From: Spirochaetia bacterium
Lineage (GTDB): Bacteria; Spirochaetota; Spirochaetia; DSM-27196; Salinispiraceae
Direction of reading: 5' to 3'
DNA length: 64,000 bases
Assembly: GCA_038204425.1 (NCBI GenBank)
Contig: JBBRCZ010000012.1
Location: 1-64,000 of the forward strand
The translations under genes were made by a program, and so were the position numbers. Position 1 is the stretch's first letter. Each line of letters opens with the position of its first letter. Positions 28,684-40,077 of the stretch are shown piece after piece. The notes below the pieces were generated by a model, which saw only the letters and a program-made list of their open reading frames with translations, had not been told where the DNA came from and ran no database searches.

Positions 28684-30906
28684 TTAGGACTGCTTAGAAG
28701 CCAATGACTGCAAGCGCGAGATCAGCTCTAAATTGAGCTTGTGGATGCCTGCAATCCTATGGGATGTTCCAATAAAAGATTCAATCTGGCCGCCAATTTT
28801 TCCTGCACTTTCTTTGATAGATGCCAGTTCGCCAACCAAATCCTCCATGTCGCGTTCTAGTGATTGCGTACTCTGATTTTGATTGTCGGCCTGGACGCGA
28901 ATATCCTCACTCGCCTCTGAAAGCGAACGAAGTTCGCCTCGGATAGTAAGACTCGAACTTTTTTGGTTCTGTGAAATTTCGTATAGAGACTCCACTTGAT
29001 CCATTGCTTCTTTACTATCCTTGGTTATCTTTTCTAAGATTACCTCGGTGGCTTCGCTTACTTCGCTGCCTTGTTCTATGCTTCCCTGAATCTCACCAAT
29101 GCGTCCGTTTATCTCTTGAGAACGTTCTGCACTGCCGCTTGCCAAGCGTTGAATCTCGTTGGCGACAACGGCAAAACCTTTGCCCGTCTCACCAGCATGA
29201 GCTGCTTCAATAGCTGCATTCATAGACAAGAGATTAGTCTGCTCTGCAAGATCAGTTACCGCACGTACTATATCGTTGATAGTCTGAGAAAGCGTACGAA
29301 TGTTGTCCATAGCCTCACGTGAGCTCAAAACAGATGATTGGGCTTCACGTACCAAGCTATCTAGCTTGCGAGTAAACTCCGAAGTACGTCCCAACTTGTC
29401 AGAACTCGACTCAAGCTCCTCGAGCATCTTAGCAATTGCATCAAAGGTTGTTTTGACTCTTTTTTCCTGCGCCATTACCTGCATTTGGATCTGCCCTACT
29501 GCTCGGCTTAAGTTCTTGACTGATTTTTGGGCACCACTTGCAGCCACATACTCCTGACTAAGTGACTGCTGAATTGTATCAGTTTCGGTCCTAATACTGG
29601 CCGCGGTAGCACTAGACTCTATTATAGCTTGATTGAGTTCGTGACTTATACCAACCACTTCCAAGGTCATCTCCGCAATAGCTCCAAGATTCTCTTTGAG
29701 TCTCAACTCCTGCTGGCGCATTGCGCCTTCAGACGCAGCCAGGGCCTTTTGGGTCTTAATGTTTCTTACAGCAATTAAAACAAAAACAGAAAAATTGAAG
29801 CCAAACGTACCTATACCTTGCATCCAAACCAAAATATCAAGGTTTAGGAACTCAGCAATCATATCGTGTGTTGCCCAGCCAACACCCCAAAGTGTTCCGA
29901 TCAGTGTGATCCAGATTTCTTTCTGGCGACTTTTTTTGAGTGCAATTATTGAAATTGTCAAAATAAGGAATATTTCTAGTTGATCAGGAATCAGGCTAAG
30001 GAAAAGTCGCGGTTCGCCAGCGGCAACCGTAGGCGCAAGCAGGATGTAGACAAAAAAGAAGAGACTATTGGCCATAATTAGTAATTTGAGCCAGAGTTTG
30101 TCAAAGACCTTAAAGTTCTCTATAAAAAACCAAGTCAAGAATCCGATTGCTAAAGCTGAGCTTGCTTGGCAAAAATTAAAGGTAAGATGAAACGGCAAAT
30201 AGTCCAGGGTGTAGGCAAATCGTAAGAAAAAGAAGCCAAAAAACAAGTTGGACAGAGCGAGCAAGAGAGTCTGCCTTTCCTTGAGGTTGTAAAAATACTG
30301 GAGCAGAAAAAAGAGAAATATGAAGAAGTTGATAAAGGCAAAAACACCGTAGAGGTCAATATTTAAAAAGTTTACCAATCCGTCTACTTCTGTCAGGGTT
30401 AGTTCGTCGCCCCAATGAAATACCGGCAGAATCGCACTGCCACCCTCGCGATAGAGTCTAATCAACAGATAATTGGATTGGTTCTCGCGCCAAAGTCCCT
30501 CGGGCACAAAAGCCCAGACTTGCTGCCCAAATCGATACAAGAGCTCTGGACTTTCTCTTCCATTCTTAAAGACCAAACTATCATTGAAATAGACTTCCAT
30601 TAGTGCGCTAGCGGCGCCCAAAAAAAGGTACCGATGCGTGGCATCGGGAGTATGGGCTTGACTAATTTCTTTGCTAAACCACCAGGATCGCCCTTGAGTT
30701 GCCTCAAAGTCTACTTCAATAGGAAGAGATGCTGATTTCCACGCGCCGGTTCCAAATATAGATGCGTCTTGAGGCTTTTCCATGCTCGCTAAATAACGCC
30801 ACCCGTCAGTGAGATTCTGGGCATACGAAGTATGCCCGATACTCAAAAGCACGACTATCACCAGCAATCTTTTGAGAGTCGTATGAAATAAACTGTCTTC
30901 GTGCAT
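28684..30906 (-). CDS. Methyl-accepting chemotaxis protein with an extracellular beta-sandwich and a 7TM-DISM-like region
   Basis: [33 protein letters not shown]; several TM helices after an exported N-domain. Confidence 0.9.
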   Translation of the reverse strand: MHEDSLFHTTLKRLLVIVVLLSIGHTSYAQNLTDGWRYLASMEKPQDASIFGTGAWKSASLPIEVDFEATQGRSWWFSKEISQAHTPDATHRYLFLGAASALMEVYFNDSLVFKNGRESPELLYRFGQQVWAFVPEGLWRENQSNYLLIRLYREGGSAILPVFHWGDELTLTEVDGLVNFLNIDLYGVFAFINFFIFLFFLLQYFYNLKERQTLLLALSNLFFGFFFLRFAYTLDYLPFHLTFNFCQASSALAIGFLTWFFIENFKVFDKLWLKLLIMANSLFFFVYILLAPTVAAGEPRLFLSLIPDQLEIFLILTISIIALKKSRQKEIWITLIGTLWGVGWATHDMIAEFLNLDILVWMQGIGTFGFNFSVFVLIAVRNIKTQKALAASEGAMRQQELRLKENLGAIAEMTLEVVGISHELNQAIIESSATAASIRTETDTIQQSLSQEYVAASGAQKSVKNLSRAVGQIQMQVMAQEKRVKTTFDAIAKMLEELESSSDKLGRTSEFTRKLDSLVREAQSSVLSSREAMDNIRTLSQTINDIVRAVTDLAEQTNLLSMNAAIEAAHAGETGKGFAVVANEIQRLASGSAERSQEINGRIGEIQGSIEQGSEVSEATEVILEKITKDSKEAMDQVESLYEISQNQKSSSLTIRGELRSLSEASEDIRVQADNQNQSTQSLERDMEDLVGELASIKESAGKIGGQIESFIGTSHRIAGIHKLNLELISRLQSLASKQS

Positions 30907-31060
30907 TAAGCAGACTCCCTTTTGAGCGATCCCCTATTTAGTATGGCCTATCACTTTGGTGATTTCCAGTATATTTTTATACAAGCGATAATTGATAACG
31001 ATCGGTAGCAATGGAGCTGAACGCGATCAACTGAATATCTACAGGAGTAAGACGCGGCCT

Positions 31061-33490
31061 ATGTCTCAAGACGCAACGACTCATGCCTGGCCACAAAGTG
31101 GCTTTATAGTGCAATCATGGGTGCACGACGGACAACTCAGAATTGTAGGTCGTCTTGAAAACGGCAAGAGCTTTGCCCTAGTCGTCGATGATCCCGAACA
31201 AGAGTTTTTTTTGTCGGCAAGGCAGCAACAAACTCTCAAGCAGATTCTGAGTCGATCACCAGACTGGGACCAGTTGGGCTTAGAGAACTGGCAAAGCTTT
31301 GCAGGAGAAGCTCTGATTCGGATCACCGTCCCCTGGTCAAAAAAAGCAAAACTTTCTCAGTTTTTGTCTAGCTCTGGTTTGCTTGTGCAGCGCAATCAAG
31401 GCGACGAAGATCAAGTTCACTTGGCAAATCGTCACATTGGAAGAACAATTAGGATCGATTGTACCAAAAACAGCAAGTCAACGGTTGGTCGCCGGGTTGA
31501 CGTGGTGCTCACCAAGCCGAGCATTACGAAAAGCGACAAGGTCCCTGCCCTGCGATGGCTTTCTATTGATATTGAAACCAAACCAGACATGCAAATAGTC
31601 GCAGTTGGTCTAGTATGGGGCATGTGTGGTCAAAAACCAGTCAACGGTTTGGCCCCGGCGCGCCAAGGATCGGTGGTCTTTTGGCGAGGAGTTCCGCTTT
31701 CCGCGGCTCACATTCGAAGCTTTGCAACTGAAGCCGGAATGCTTACTGCACTAAGTGCGCAAATTAGGGAAATTGACCCCGATGTTATTAGTGGGTGGAA
31801 CGTCTTAGAATTTGACCTGCGTGTGCTTTATCGCCGCTACCAAACTTGTGGACTCGCCTTCGATTGGGGGCGAACTGAGGATCAAGTTTCTAGCGTTCAA
31901 CTGAGCTCCACTCGGTTTTTGCAGGCAATTATTCCAGGCAGACAAGTACTTGATGCCATGCGATTGGCTCGTTCAAGCGGAGGAAATTTTGAAGACTACC
32001 GACTTGGAACAGTGGCAAGTCAGGTCTTGGGCAAAAACAAACAAGTAAGTAGCCAAGGTAAACAAAAACTCATTGAGCTCGAGCAACTACAGAGCAGTGA
32101 TCCATTGGCATTTTGTAATTATTGCTTAGAGGATGCTCGATTGGCGCTTGATATAGTTGATAAGCTAGGGCTTGCCTCCCTGACATGCATTCGCTCCAGC
32201 CTAACTGGAGTTAACCTAGAGCGTGCGTGGACCAGTATTCAGAGTTTTGAACACTGCTATGGTTTGGAACTTCGCAAACGCAAAATTATAGAACCCAGCC
32301 GTTTTGACCGTACCATCGCACAGGGCGCAGAAGGAGGAACCGTCTTGGATGCTTCGCCAGGACTTTTCCACAAGGTCTTGGTGCTTGACTTTCGCAGTCT
32401 CTACCCTAGCATTATGCGTACTTTTTCAATCGATCCCCTGGCATACCAACGATGTAAACAAACGCTGCAAAACCACGAGCAGTCAATCTCAGACCAGATT
32501 GTCCATGCGCCCAACGGCGCATGCTTTGACAGCACTTTGGCAATACTGCCAGACATGCTGTCGAGCTACGCCAGTGCGCGGGCCCGGGCCCTAGCGCAAG
32601 ATGACGAGGTCGCTTCGCACGTCTATAAAATTCTCCAGAATTCGTTCTATGGTGTCTTGGGTGCGGCCGGATGTCGCTATGGACTTAGCGCCCTGGCCGG
32701 TGCCATAACCAGCTTTGGCAAGCATTTTTTGTACTTCGCGCGTGACTTTTGCTTACAAAAGGGTCTAAGAGTACTCTACGGAGATACTGACTCGGTCTTT
32801 GTTCAAATGCCAAGCCAGATAGAGTTATCAGAGCTCAAAGAGCAAGGAGGATTGTTGATTCAGCAGATCAACCATGCAATAAGTCAACACGTCCGCAAGC
32901 TCTGGAAAACTGAGTCGTTTCTCGAAATACGCTGCGATCAGATATTTGAGAAATTCCTCATCCCACGTCTGCGCATTGATTCATCAGGTGACCGAGGCAG
33001 GGCCAAGGGCTACGCCGGGTGTAGCCATCCGGCACAAGAGCTAATCATTAAAGGCATGGAGGCGATCAGAAGCGACTACACCGAACTGGCGAAGGACTTT
33101 CAGCGACAACTTCTAACGAAGCTCTTTGCAGGAGAAAGTGCACAAGCAGTCAGTGAATTTGCAAGGTATACGCTGTTCCAGCTGGGTGCAGGTCTGGTCG
33201 ATGACAAACTTGTTTACAAAAAAGTGCTACGACGAGCCGCCGACGACTACCATCATGGACACTCTCCGCAGGTAAGGGCCGCAAAACTCCTTGGTTGGAC
33301 CACTCAGCGCGGCAGAATTGCCTACCTAATGACCTTGGCTGGTCCTCAAGAACTGACTATGGTTTCTTCTAAACCAGACTACAAGCACTACCAAGAACAT
33401 CAACTGCGCCCCATCTGGGAATCCTTGGTCCTTAGTGCCGGTCTTAGCGTTGAGGACCCCTTTGAGAAGCAATTGAACCTCGATTGGTAG
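31061..33490 (+). CDS. polB: Family B DNA polymerase II
   Basis: ExoI DIET, ExoII WNVLEFD, ExoIII YCLED; DFRSLYPS, KILQNSFYG, YGDTDS; C-terminal QLNL; start taken as ATG 31061. Confidence 0.92.
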   Translation: MSQDATTHAWPQSGFIVQSWVHDGQLRIVGRLENGKSFALVVDDPEQEFFLSARQQQTLKQILSRSPDWDQLGLENWQSFAGEALIRITVPWSKKAKLSQFLSSSGLLVQRNQGDEDQVHLANRHIGRTIRIDCTKNSKSTVGRRVDVVLTKPSITKSDKVPALRWLSIDIETKPDMQIVAVGLVWGMCGQKPVNGLAPARQGSVVFWRGVPLSAAHIRSFATEAGMLTALSAQIREIDPDVISGWNVLEFDLRVLYRRYQTCGLAFDWGRTEDQVSSVQLSSTRFLQAIIPGRQVLDAMRLARSSGGNFEDYRLGTVASQVLGKNKQVSSQGKQKLIELEQLQSSDPLAFCNYCLEDARLALDIVDKLGLASLTCIRSSLTGVNLERAWTSIQSFEHCYGLELRKRKIIEPSRFDRTIAQGAEGGTVLDASPGLFHKVLVLDFRSLYPSIMRTFSIDPLAYQRCKQTLQNHEQSISDQIVHAPNGACFDSTLAILPDMLSSYASARARALAQDDEVASHVYKILQNSFYGVLGAAGCRYGLSALAGAITSFGKHFLYFARDFCLQKGLRVLYGDTDSVFVQMPSQIELSELKEQGGLLIQQINHAISQHVRKLWKTESFLEIRCDQIFEKFLIPRLRIDSSGDRGRAKGYAGCSHPAQELIIKGMEAIRSDYTELAKDFQRQLLTKLFAGESAQAVSEFARYTLFQLGAGLVDDKLVYKKVLRRAADDYHHGHSPQVRAAKLLGWTTQRGRIAYLMTLAGPQELTMVSSKPDYKHYQEHQLRPIWESLVLSAGLSVEDPFEKQLNLDW

Positions 33491-33600
33491 TCAGGCCACT
33501 ACAATCCTTGACGAAACTTAAGTATGTCGCTTATATTACTTGGAGATGCTGCATTTTAATGATAGCAGCTATTTTTCAACACCAAAGCAAGGAGAAATAA

Positions 33601-34515
33601 TTGAAAGCAAACAATATTTTAGAAACTATTGGAAATACTCCCCATGTACGTATCAACCGGCTTTTTGGCAAAACTGCCGAGGTCTGGGTCAAGCTCGAAA
33701 AAGCCAATCCTGGCAATAGCATTAAGGATCGCATCGCGCTAGCAATGATTGAGGATGCCGAAAAAAAAGAACTAATTAAAGCTGGTACGGTAATAATTGA
33801 GCCGACCTCTGGCAACACTGGCATTGGACTGGCTTTGGTTGCGGCAGTAAAAGGTTATCAAATTATCTTGGTAATGCCGGAGTCAATGTCCTTGGAACGC
33901 AGAAGGTTGATTGCCGCCTACGGAGCAAAACTTGAACTTACCCCACGAGAGAAAGGTATGAAAGGCGCAATTGCCCGCGCTCAAGAACTCAAAGAAGAAA
34001 TCGGCAATGCTTGGATCCCTCAACAGTTTGAAAACCAAGCCAACATTGATGCCCACAGCCGAACTACCGCGCTTGAAATTCTCAAGGATTTTCCAGAAGG
34101 CTTTGACGCCATCATTACGGGAGTAGGAACAGGCGGACACATTACCGGCATCGGTGAAATTCTCAAGCCAAAGTTTCCTAAATTGAAAATTTTTGCGGTA
34201 GAACCTGCCGCATCGCCAGTTATATCCGGGGGTCAGCCAAGTCCACACCCTATTCAGGGCATTGGCGCTGGCTTTATTCCCACCAACTTACATCAAGGTA
34301 TTCTGGACGGCGTGATTACTGTTAGCAAAGAAGAAGCCTTTGAATACACAGTCCGGGCCGCCAAAGAGGAAGGTATTTTTGGTGGTATATCCTCAGGCGC
34401 AAGCCTTGCAGCGGTGGCAAAAAAAATACCCGAACTTGGCAAAGAACCGAGGATTTTGACCTTTAACTACGATACTGGTGAGCGTTACCTTTCGGTAGAA
34501 GGTTTATTTACCTGA
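33601..34515 (+). CDS. cysK: Cysteine synthase A
   Basis: [44 protein letters not shown]. Confidence 0.97.
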   Translation: MKANNILETIGNTPHVRINRLFGKTAEVWVKLEKANPGNSIKDRIALAMIEDAEKKELIKAGTVIIEPTSGNTGIGLALVAAVKGYQIILVMPESMSLERRRLIAAYGAKLELTPREKGMKGAIARAQELKEEIGNAWIPQQFENQANIDAHSRTTALEILKDFPEGFDAIITGVGTGGHITGIGEILKPKFPKLKIFAVEPAASPVISGGQPSPHPIQGIGAGFIPTNLHQGILDGVITVSKEEAFEYTVRAAKEEGIFGGISSGASLAAVAKKIPELGKEPRILTFNYDTGERYLSVEGLFT

Positions 34516-36909
34516 TACGCTGTTACTTGAAGTTGATGCAGGTGCCAGGCAGGGGAAGTCGAGTTGAAAAACCGTACCTTGCGCTGGTACCGACTTGCAA
34601 CTGATAGTGCCACCCAAGCGGTGCGTGGCCAAGTTGTAGACAATATACAAGCCCAATCCAGTACTTCCAGCCCCTCTTCGTGTAGTATAGAATGGTTCAA
34701 AAATGTGATTGAGGGTCTCTTTCTCGATGCCCTTGCCATTGTCTTCAACTTCTATACGAGCCCAGCCTTCTTTGTATTCAAGTTGAAAGAATCGAATGTT
34801 AATAGTGGATCCTTCCGGCGGATTTCCTGAAAAACCATGAATCAAGGCGTTCATAATCAAATTGGTTACAATATCGATAAACGGCGACGCATGAGTGCAA
34901 ACCATTAAGTCTTCAGGACCTTCCAAGCTCGGCATTATTCCCGAACGCTTGAGCTGAGGACCCAGAATTCTCACGATATCTTGGAGAAACGAAGCCAAAG
35001 AGAAGCTATGTATCTCGTCTCGTGGGTGTTCTGATGCCACTTTTTTGAAGCTGCGCACTAGCTCGTCAGCCCTCATTAAGTTGCGAAGCAAAATGTGCAA
35101 ACTCTCCTCGGTATCGACGATAAACCTTTCGAGTTCTGAGCGACTAATTTGCCCTTCTCTAAAGTTACTTGCCAAGGGTTGCAACGATTCTTGAATATGT
35201 GTAGTAGCCGTAATACCAATCCCCAGTGGAGTATTAACCTCGTGGGCAACGCCGGCAACCAAAGTAGTCAAGGCCTGCATCTTTTCTGTTTCGATACGAA
35301 CCTTGAGCTGTTCTTCTATGTTTTGTTTGACTATTTCTTTCTGACGATAATCTCGGTCCAACAACATTGACAACTGATCTTGCAGGTTCATGTAAATTAA
35401 GCCATTGTCAGGAAAAAGCTTAAATATCGATACACCGTACCAACGTTCGCCAACCACCAAAGGCATAACTACAAAGCTGACCGAGGGTGACATCTCAAAC
35501 CAACCATTTGGTACAATGGTGGCTGAGTCATAGTCAATTGTTCCAAGCGAAAACGTATCAAGTTTGGAAATTGACGGATTAGAAATAAGTGTGTGCATCT
35601 TTACCGGTGGTTTTGGCAGCAGATGCCCATCCTCCATGGCAGGCACAACCGGTGCAAGCTGACCATCTTCGTCGGTTGTAACTGCTACCAAATAGGTGTC
35701 CAAACCAAGCTGGGGCAAAAAGTTGGTCAGCGTCTCACAAATCTGCTGCATATCCATTGCGGTGTTGAGACTTCGCAGCATGGCATCTAACATTCGTGTG
35801 AGCAACTTTTGGCGACCAAAAGCGTGGTAGTTGCGTTCGACCAGACCTTGAAATAAGGTAATGGCAGATATTGAATCTGCAGTACCATTAAGCTGCTTCT
35901 TTCCTATACTTTTCAGAAAAGAAAACAAGGTGTCTTCTTCCAAATTACGTCTTTGCAAAAAACCTGAGAACGAACTGTGCAGGGGGATATCAAGCCGTTG
36001 GGAAAGTTCCAAGAAGAATGGATCCTTTTCTGCAGAAGGAAAGTCGCTCCATTCTGCTGGAGAACAGCCACAAGATGCACGGTAAACTGGCCTGCACGGC
36101 AGCGTAATCAAATCAGGGTGAGATGCTTTGCCTTCGATGCGATCCATGAGAGTCCAAAGTGCAACCGCCATTTGAAACTCTATCGGCTGATTAACCGTAC
36201 TCAAGCTCGGACTCTCATAACGAGCTTCTGGAACATCATCAAAACCAATAACCGAGACATCCTCGGGAACGCGCAGTCCTCGTTCTTGAAGCTCACGAAT
36301 CGCAGCAAACGCCGCCAAGTCGTTGGGACAACACAAGCCGTCAAAGGGACCTTGGGCCAAAAGTTCATCAATCCAATCGCTCATTCGATAAGGATCAAAG
36401 TTGCCTTGAACCCAGTGGCTTGCTTCGATCTTACGCGATGCAAGTACATTTTTCCAAGCATCAAAGCGAATAGTGGCTTCAGAGTTATTGATCGGACCTC
36501 TAATACAAGCCACACGTCGGCGTTCGTGAATTACAAATAGATGGCGAATAAGCAATTCCAAAGCAGGGCGATTTTCTATGTCAACGCAGGGAATTTTGCC
36601 TAGTTGATAGCTCATGGTGACGGATGGCAGATCCAAGAGATCCGGAACGAGAAGTTGATTGTCGTCAAAAATGGTCAAAAAAGTGGTCGTGTAAAGCAAG
36701 CCATCAAAGGTTTGCTTTCCTGGCATGCGTAATAGGCAGTTATGGTAAAATGGAGCAAGTTGGTCTGGCGGACTGCGACGACTGGGCAAGACCACCAAAT
36801 CATAGTTTCGTGCTCGGCAAAGCGGCTCCCAGCCCTTCCAGTTACTGATCTGAAAGACGTCGGTGCTCTCCAGTTCGTGGTCAATGATTCCAATCCGGCG
36901 TCTTCTCAT
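34504..36909 (-). CDS. Cytoplasmic histidine kinase with an N-terminal LacI/GalR-type ligand-binding domain
   Basis: [52 protein letters not shown]. Confidence 0.88.
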   Translation of the reverse strand: MRRRRIGIIDHELESTDVFQISNWKGWEPLCRARNYDLVVLPSRRSPPDQLAPFYHNCLLRMPGKQTFDGLLYTTTFLTIFDDNQLLVPDLLDLPSVTMSYQLGKIPCVDIENRPALELLIRHLFVIHERRRVACIRGPINNSEATIRFDAWKNVLASRKIEASHWVQGNFDPYRMSDWIDELLAQGPFDGLCCPNDLAAFAAIRELQERGLRVPEDVSVIGFDDVPEARYESPSLSTVNQPIEFQMAVALWTLMDRIEGKASHPDLITLPCRPVYRASCGCSPAEWSDFPSAEKDPFFLELSQRLDIPLHSSFSGFLQRRNLEEDTLFSFLKSIGKKQLNGTADSISAITLFQGLVERNYHAFGRQKLLTRMLDAMLRSLNTAMDMQQICETLTNFLPQLGLDTYLVAVTTDEDGQLAPVVPAMEDGHLLPKPPVKMHTLISNPSISKLDTFSLGTIDYDSATIVPNGWFEMSPSVSFVVMPLVVGERWYGVSIFKLFPDNGLIYMNLQDQLSMLLDRDYRQKEIVKQNIEEQLKVRIETEKMQALTTLVAGVAHEVNTPLGIGITATTHIQESLQPLASNFREGQISRSELERFIVDTEESLHILLRNLMRADELVRSFKKVASEHPRDEIHSFSLASFLQDIVRILGPQLKRSGIMPSLEGPEDLMVCTHASPFIDIVTNLIMNALIHGFSGNPPEGSTINIRFFQLEYKEGWARIEVEDNGKGIEKETLNHIFEPFYTTRRGAGSTGLGLYIVYNLATHRLGGTISCKSVPAQGTVFQLDFPCLAPASTSSNSVSGK

Positions 36910-36942
36910 CTTCACCTTTTCGACACTAGGTGCCTTGTTTTC

Positions 36943-37818
36943 TCAATAAAGAACCAAGAGTGGATTTATTGGCCTACCTCTCTGATACACAGCAAAGTGT
37001 AAGTGGGTTCCTGTAGACTTGCCACTGTTGCCCACCAATCCAATAACATGTCCTTCTTTGACAACTTGTCCTTTGCGGACATTGATGGCAGATAGATGTG
37101 CAAAGAGCGTGCTATAACCACCGTCATGTTGAAGCTGAATGTAGTTTCCTAAAGCATTGTCATAACTTGCAGTTATTACCGTGCCTCGGCGTGGTGCACG
37201 AATACTGGCCCCGTAGGGAGTCACCATATCGATGGCACGGTGAAAAGATCTGCGCCCCGAAAAAGGATCATAGCGATAGCCAAAGCGCTCGGACAAATAC
37301 CAGCTTCGTACTGGATGAGTAAATATGTCGCCAGAGACCCGTTTGAGTTCTTTGCTGTCCATGCGAACCTGTTTGAGAAAAACACTAGCGCCGGGCAGTT
37401 TCCAGCCTCGGCCTGGCTTAGGAACCACTATTCTATCTGGAGAAAGCTTGTAGTGCTCGCTTATGGCGGCGATAGTTTCGCCCTTCTTAATTTTATGTAC
37501 GATGCCATCCATGTTTGGCACTTGGAGATTCTGTCCAATTCTAAGCCCGCGGGCGTTGTTGATTTCGTTTACCGAAATAAGCGTGTCGGTCCTCAACTGG
37601 TTATCGCGGGCAATTTTTTCTAGTGTATCGCCCGAAACAACTTGGTGCGAAGTAAAACTTAGGTCGAGTTTTTCGATTCGCTCTTTCTCTGCGAGTTCTG
37701 CCGCGTTGTTGTCTTGTTCAACGATTTCAGCGAGCATACCTGAGTTACATGAATAAAAATTTAGGGTCGCTACGACAACTACAAAGCAAAGAGTTGCTTT
37801 AAGGGCTGGTTTTAACAT
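36943..37818 (-). CDS. LysM-LysM-M23 peptidoglycan endopeptidase, possibly a lipoprotein
   Basis: HQVVSGDTL and HKIKKGETI LysM repeats; HRAID, GKSTGTHLHF. Confidence 0.9.
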   Translation of the reverse strand: MLKPALKATLCFVVVVATLNFYSCNSGMLAEIVEQDNNAAELAEKERIEKLDLSFTSHQVVSGDTLEKIARDNQLRTDTLISVNEINNARGLRIGQNLQVPNMDGIVHKIKKGETIAAISEHYKLSPDRIVVPKPGRGWKLPGASVFLKQVRMDSKELKRVSGDIFTHPVRSWYLSERFGYRYDPFSGRRSFHRAIDMVTPYGASIRAPRRGTVITASYDNALGNYIQLQHDGGYSTLFAHLSAINVRKGQVVKEGHVIGLVGNSGKSTGTHLHFAVYQRGRPINPLLVLY

Positions 37819-37927
37819 GGAATTCCTCTAAACACTGCCCTTTCGAGCTGAATGGTAGGATACTAAACCAGCATTCAAACCTGTGTCAAAACAATTCGTC
37901 TTGTCTGTCTAGTATTCGTTCCGTTTA

Positions 37928-37954
37928 CTATCGGCAAATCCGCACGTAAATTTA
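37928..37954 (-). promoter_or_regulatory. Sigma28 (FliA) promoter upstream of the LysM-M23 gene
   Basis: Minus strand TAAA-N15-GCCGATAG. Confidence 0.65.
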
Positions 37955-39457
37955 CTTGGCAAAAAATTGCCGCCACTCAGCTGGTATTATTTCTGTTGGA
38001 TAAATGTAGGCTAGATGCGAAGCTTTGTCGCTCATTACCAGTGTTGGCAGACCGACAAGTTTATAGTCTCCATCTAAGGCTGCACCACCGGAATTTCCGG
38101 AACTTATCTGTGCGTCAGTTTTTACTAAAGTCCCAAAGCCTCTATTCTCAAAGCCGGAGACAATACCCTTGGTTAGCGTAATGGTAGAACGACTACCCAA
38201 TCCACCCAGACTTGGGTAGCCAATAAACGTCAATCCTTCGCCCATTCTCAAGCGACTGGAACCAGCAAGCTCGAGGTAGGGAAAACGGTAGCCCGCTGGC
38301 AATGTTTGGCCGTAAAATCCACTCTTAATTTGCAGCAATGCCAGATCGCGCTGCTTATCACTGCGAATAACCTCTGCCAAAAACTGGCTATCTGGAGCAA
38401 TACGGTGGTCTGTACTAAATCCAATGGCGAGTTCTTTCTCTATTTGGCCGTCATTTCCTTGCACCACGTGGTAGTTGGTAAGTAAGTAGCCATAGGGGCT
38501 TATCATTACGCCGGTTCCTCCGCCGCTATCGGTCAAGATTTCAACAGTTGCAATAAGGGCCTTTTCTAAGCCCCAATCGATTGCAGCGGGTATGCTCTTG
38601 TCTTGAATCTGTGGCAAAGCACGCAGTTCTTGAGGAACATCGAGCGTGCTTGACAACAAAAGCTTGAATGAAGCATCTACTTCGTCCATTTTTGCCAAGA
38701 CGACCAAGTATAGCTTGGTGTTCTGCCCTGTTTTGCTGTTGAGAGCTTTAAGCCGCGCAGAATCAAAATTGACAAGCAAAACTTCGCGACTACGATATGA
38801 CCTTGCCGAAAAAGGCGCAAGGAAAGGATCAGCTTTGGGGTTATCAACAAACAAAAATAGGTCGAGATCTATGTCTGCTTCAAAAGCGTCTATTCGTACT
38901 TGCCTTACACTAGCGGGAACATCTATCTGATAGGTTTTCATCATGAGGTGGTCAGGACTTAGTTGATCTGAAATTCTTCTTCCAAAAGGCAGACTGGTAG
39001 CTGCGTCGACCCTGATCTCCTCAAAGTTTAGGGCAAAGTCTATGCTGTTGAGTGATATACCATCTCGATAGGCCGGGTTGTCGAGTAGATAGGCCACTTT
39101 GATAGTGTAGGTGCCATCGACCAGAGTTGGACTGCCTGAGCGATAGAGAAAAAGACTTTCGTTAAACTCGCTACTTTCACTGCGTGAGAACTCGTCTTCG
39201 TTCTGTTTGTAAACTATCAAATCGAGGTCGGCGATTGCACCTTGCAGCTTAAAGCGAATACCGTAGGTTTCACTCGACACTTTTACGCGGTATTGAATAC
39301 TATTAGAGTCTTGGTCCAGTCTAATGCTAGCCATTCGCAATTGGCCACTGACAAGGAAGGGAGCGTTGACGTCTTTTGATTTGGCAGCAAGGTTTGTTGG
39401 AGTCAAACAAACCAAAGACAGAAAAAGCATGGCGATTGCCTTAAACACACTATTCAT
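37952..39457 (-). CDS. Exported trypsin-like (S1) serine protease with N-terminal PPC-like domains
   Basis: LTNYHVV, RDLALL, GNSGG triad; ADLDL and IDLDL repeats. Confidence 0.85.
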   Translation of the reverse strand: MNSVFKAIAMLFLSLVCLTPTNLAAKSKDVNAPFLVSGQLRMASIRLDQDSNSIQYRVKVSSETYGIRFKLQGAIADLDLIVYKQNEDEFSRSESSEFNESLFLYRSGSPTLVDGTYTIKVAYLLDNPAYRDGISLNSIDFALNFEEIRVDAATSLPFGRRISDQLSPDHLMMKTYQIDVPASVRQVRIDAFEADIDLDLFLFVDNPKADPFLAPFSARSYRSREVLLVNFDSARLKALNSKTGQNTKLYLVVLAKMDEVDASFKLLLSSTLDVPQELRALPQIQDKSIPAAIDWGLEKALIATVEILTDSGGGTGVMISPYGYLLTNYHVVQGNDGQIEKELAIGFSTDHRIAPDSQFLAEVIRSDKQRDLALLQIKSGFYGQTLPAGYRFPYLELAGSSRLRMGEGLTFIGYPSLGGLGSRSTITLTKGIVSGFENRGFGTLVKTDAQISSGNSGGAALDGDYKLVGLPTLVMSDKASHLAYIYPTEIIPAEWRQFFAK

Positions 39458-39527
39458 ACATTTATTGTATAACAAAGTCTCTGCTTGAGACAGATAGTTT
39501 ATCCTAGATCATTAGAGGGGAGCTTGC

Positions 39528-39980
39528 ATGAGTACTGAAAGAACACTGTGTATACTTAAGCCTGGCGTGATGGAACGCAGATTGCTTGGCGAAATAATAA
39601 GCAGAATTGAAAGAAAGGGCTTTGTAATTCGTGCCCTCAAAATGGATTACCCAAGTAGCGATCAGTGGAAATCTCATTATGCGGAACATATCGACCGAGA
39701 CTTCTACCCGGCTCTACTTGAGTTTATGAGCTCCGGGCCCGTGACACTGTTGGTATTGGAAGGCACTGACAGCGTCAAACATTTGCGCCACCTTAGTGGC
39801 AGCACCGACCCGACTCAGGCCCAACCTGGCACCATTCGCGGTGACTATGCTTGTCTCACACGGAAGAACGTGATACATGCTTCGGATTCTCCTGCCAATG
39901 CAGAGAGAGAAATTGCGATCTTTTTTGCAGAAAAGGAAGTGGGCAAGCAAGTCGATGTTATGTCACGCTACGTACAATAA
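39528..39980 (+). CDS. ndk: Nucleoside diphosphate kinase
   Basis: ERTLCILKP, HYAEH, PGTIRGD, NVIHASD. Confidence 0.95.
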   Translation: MSTERTLCILKPGVMERRLLGEIISRIERKGFVIRALKMDYPSSDQWKSHYAEHIDRDFYPALLEFMSSGPVTLLVLEGTDSVKHLRHLSGSTDPTQAQPGTIRGDYACLTRKNVIHASDSPANAEREIAIFFAEKEVGKQVDVMSRYVQ

Positions 39981-40077
39981 GACCAGACTAAATCGAACTC
40001 TAGTAGATGGAGCTCAAGAAAATCTTGAGCAAGAGCCAAAAACAGACCACGACTTGGCTCAGGCAGGTAGGGCTCAG

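Noticed and set aside
30950..30982. SOS box upstream of polB
   Set aside because: GTATA-N4-TATAC and ATCAC-N4-GTGAT palindromes are present but do not fit CTGT-N8-ACAG or GAAC-N4-GTTC
31061..33490. Prophage, casposon or pipolin polymerase
   Set aside because: Pol II-like architecture with a clamp motif; no integrase, terminal repeats or virion genes
39877..40077. N-terminal extension of PepF overlapping ndk by about 100 nt
   Set aside because: Family similarity begins near PRWDL, so a downstream TTG start is more plausible
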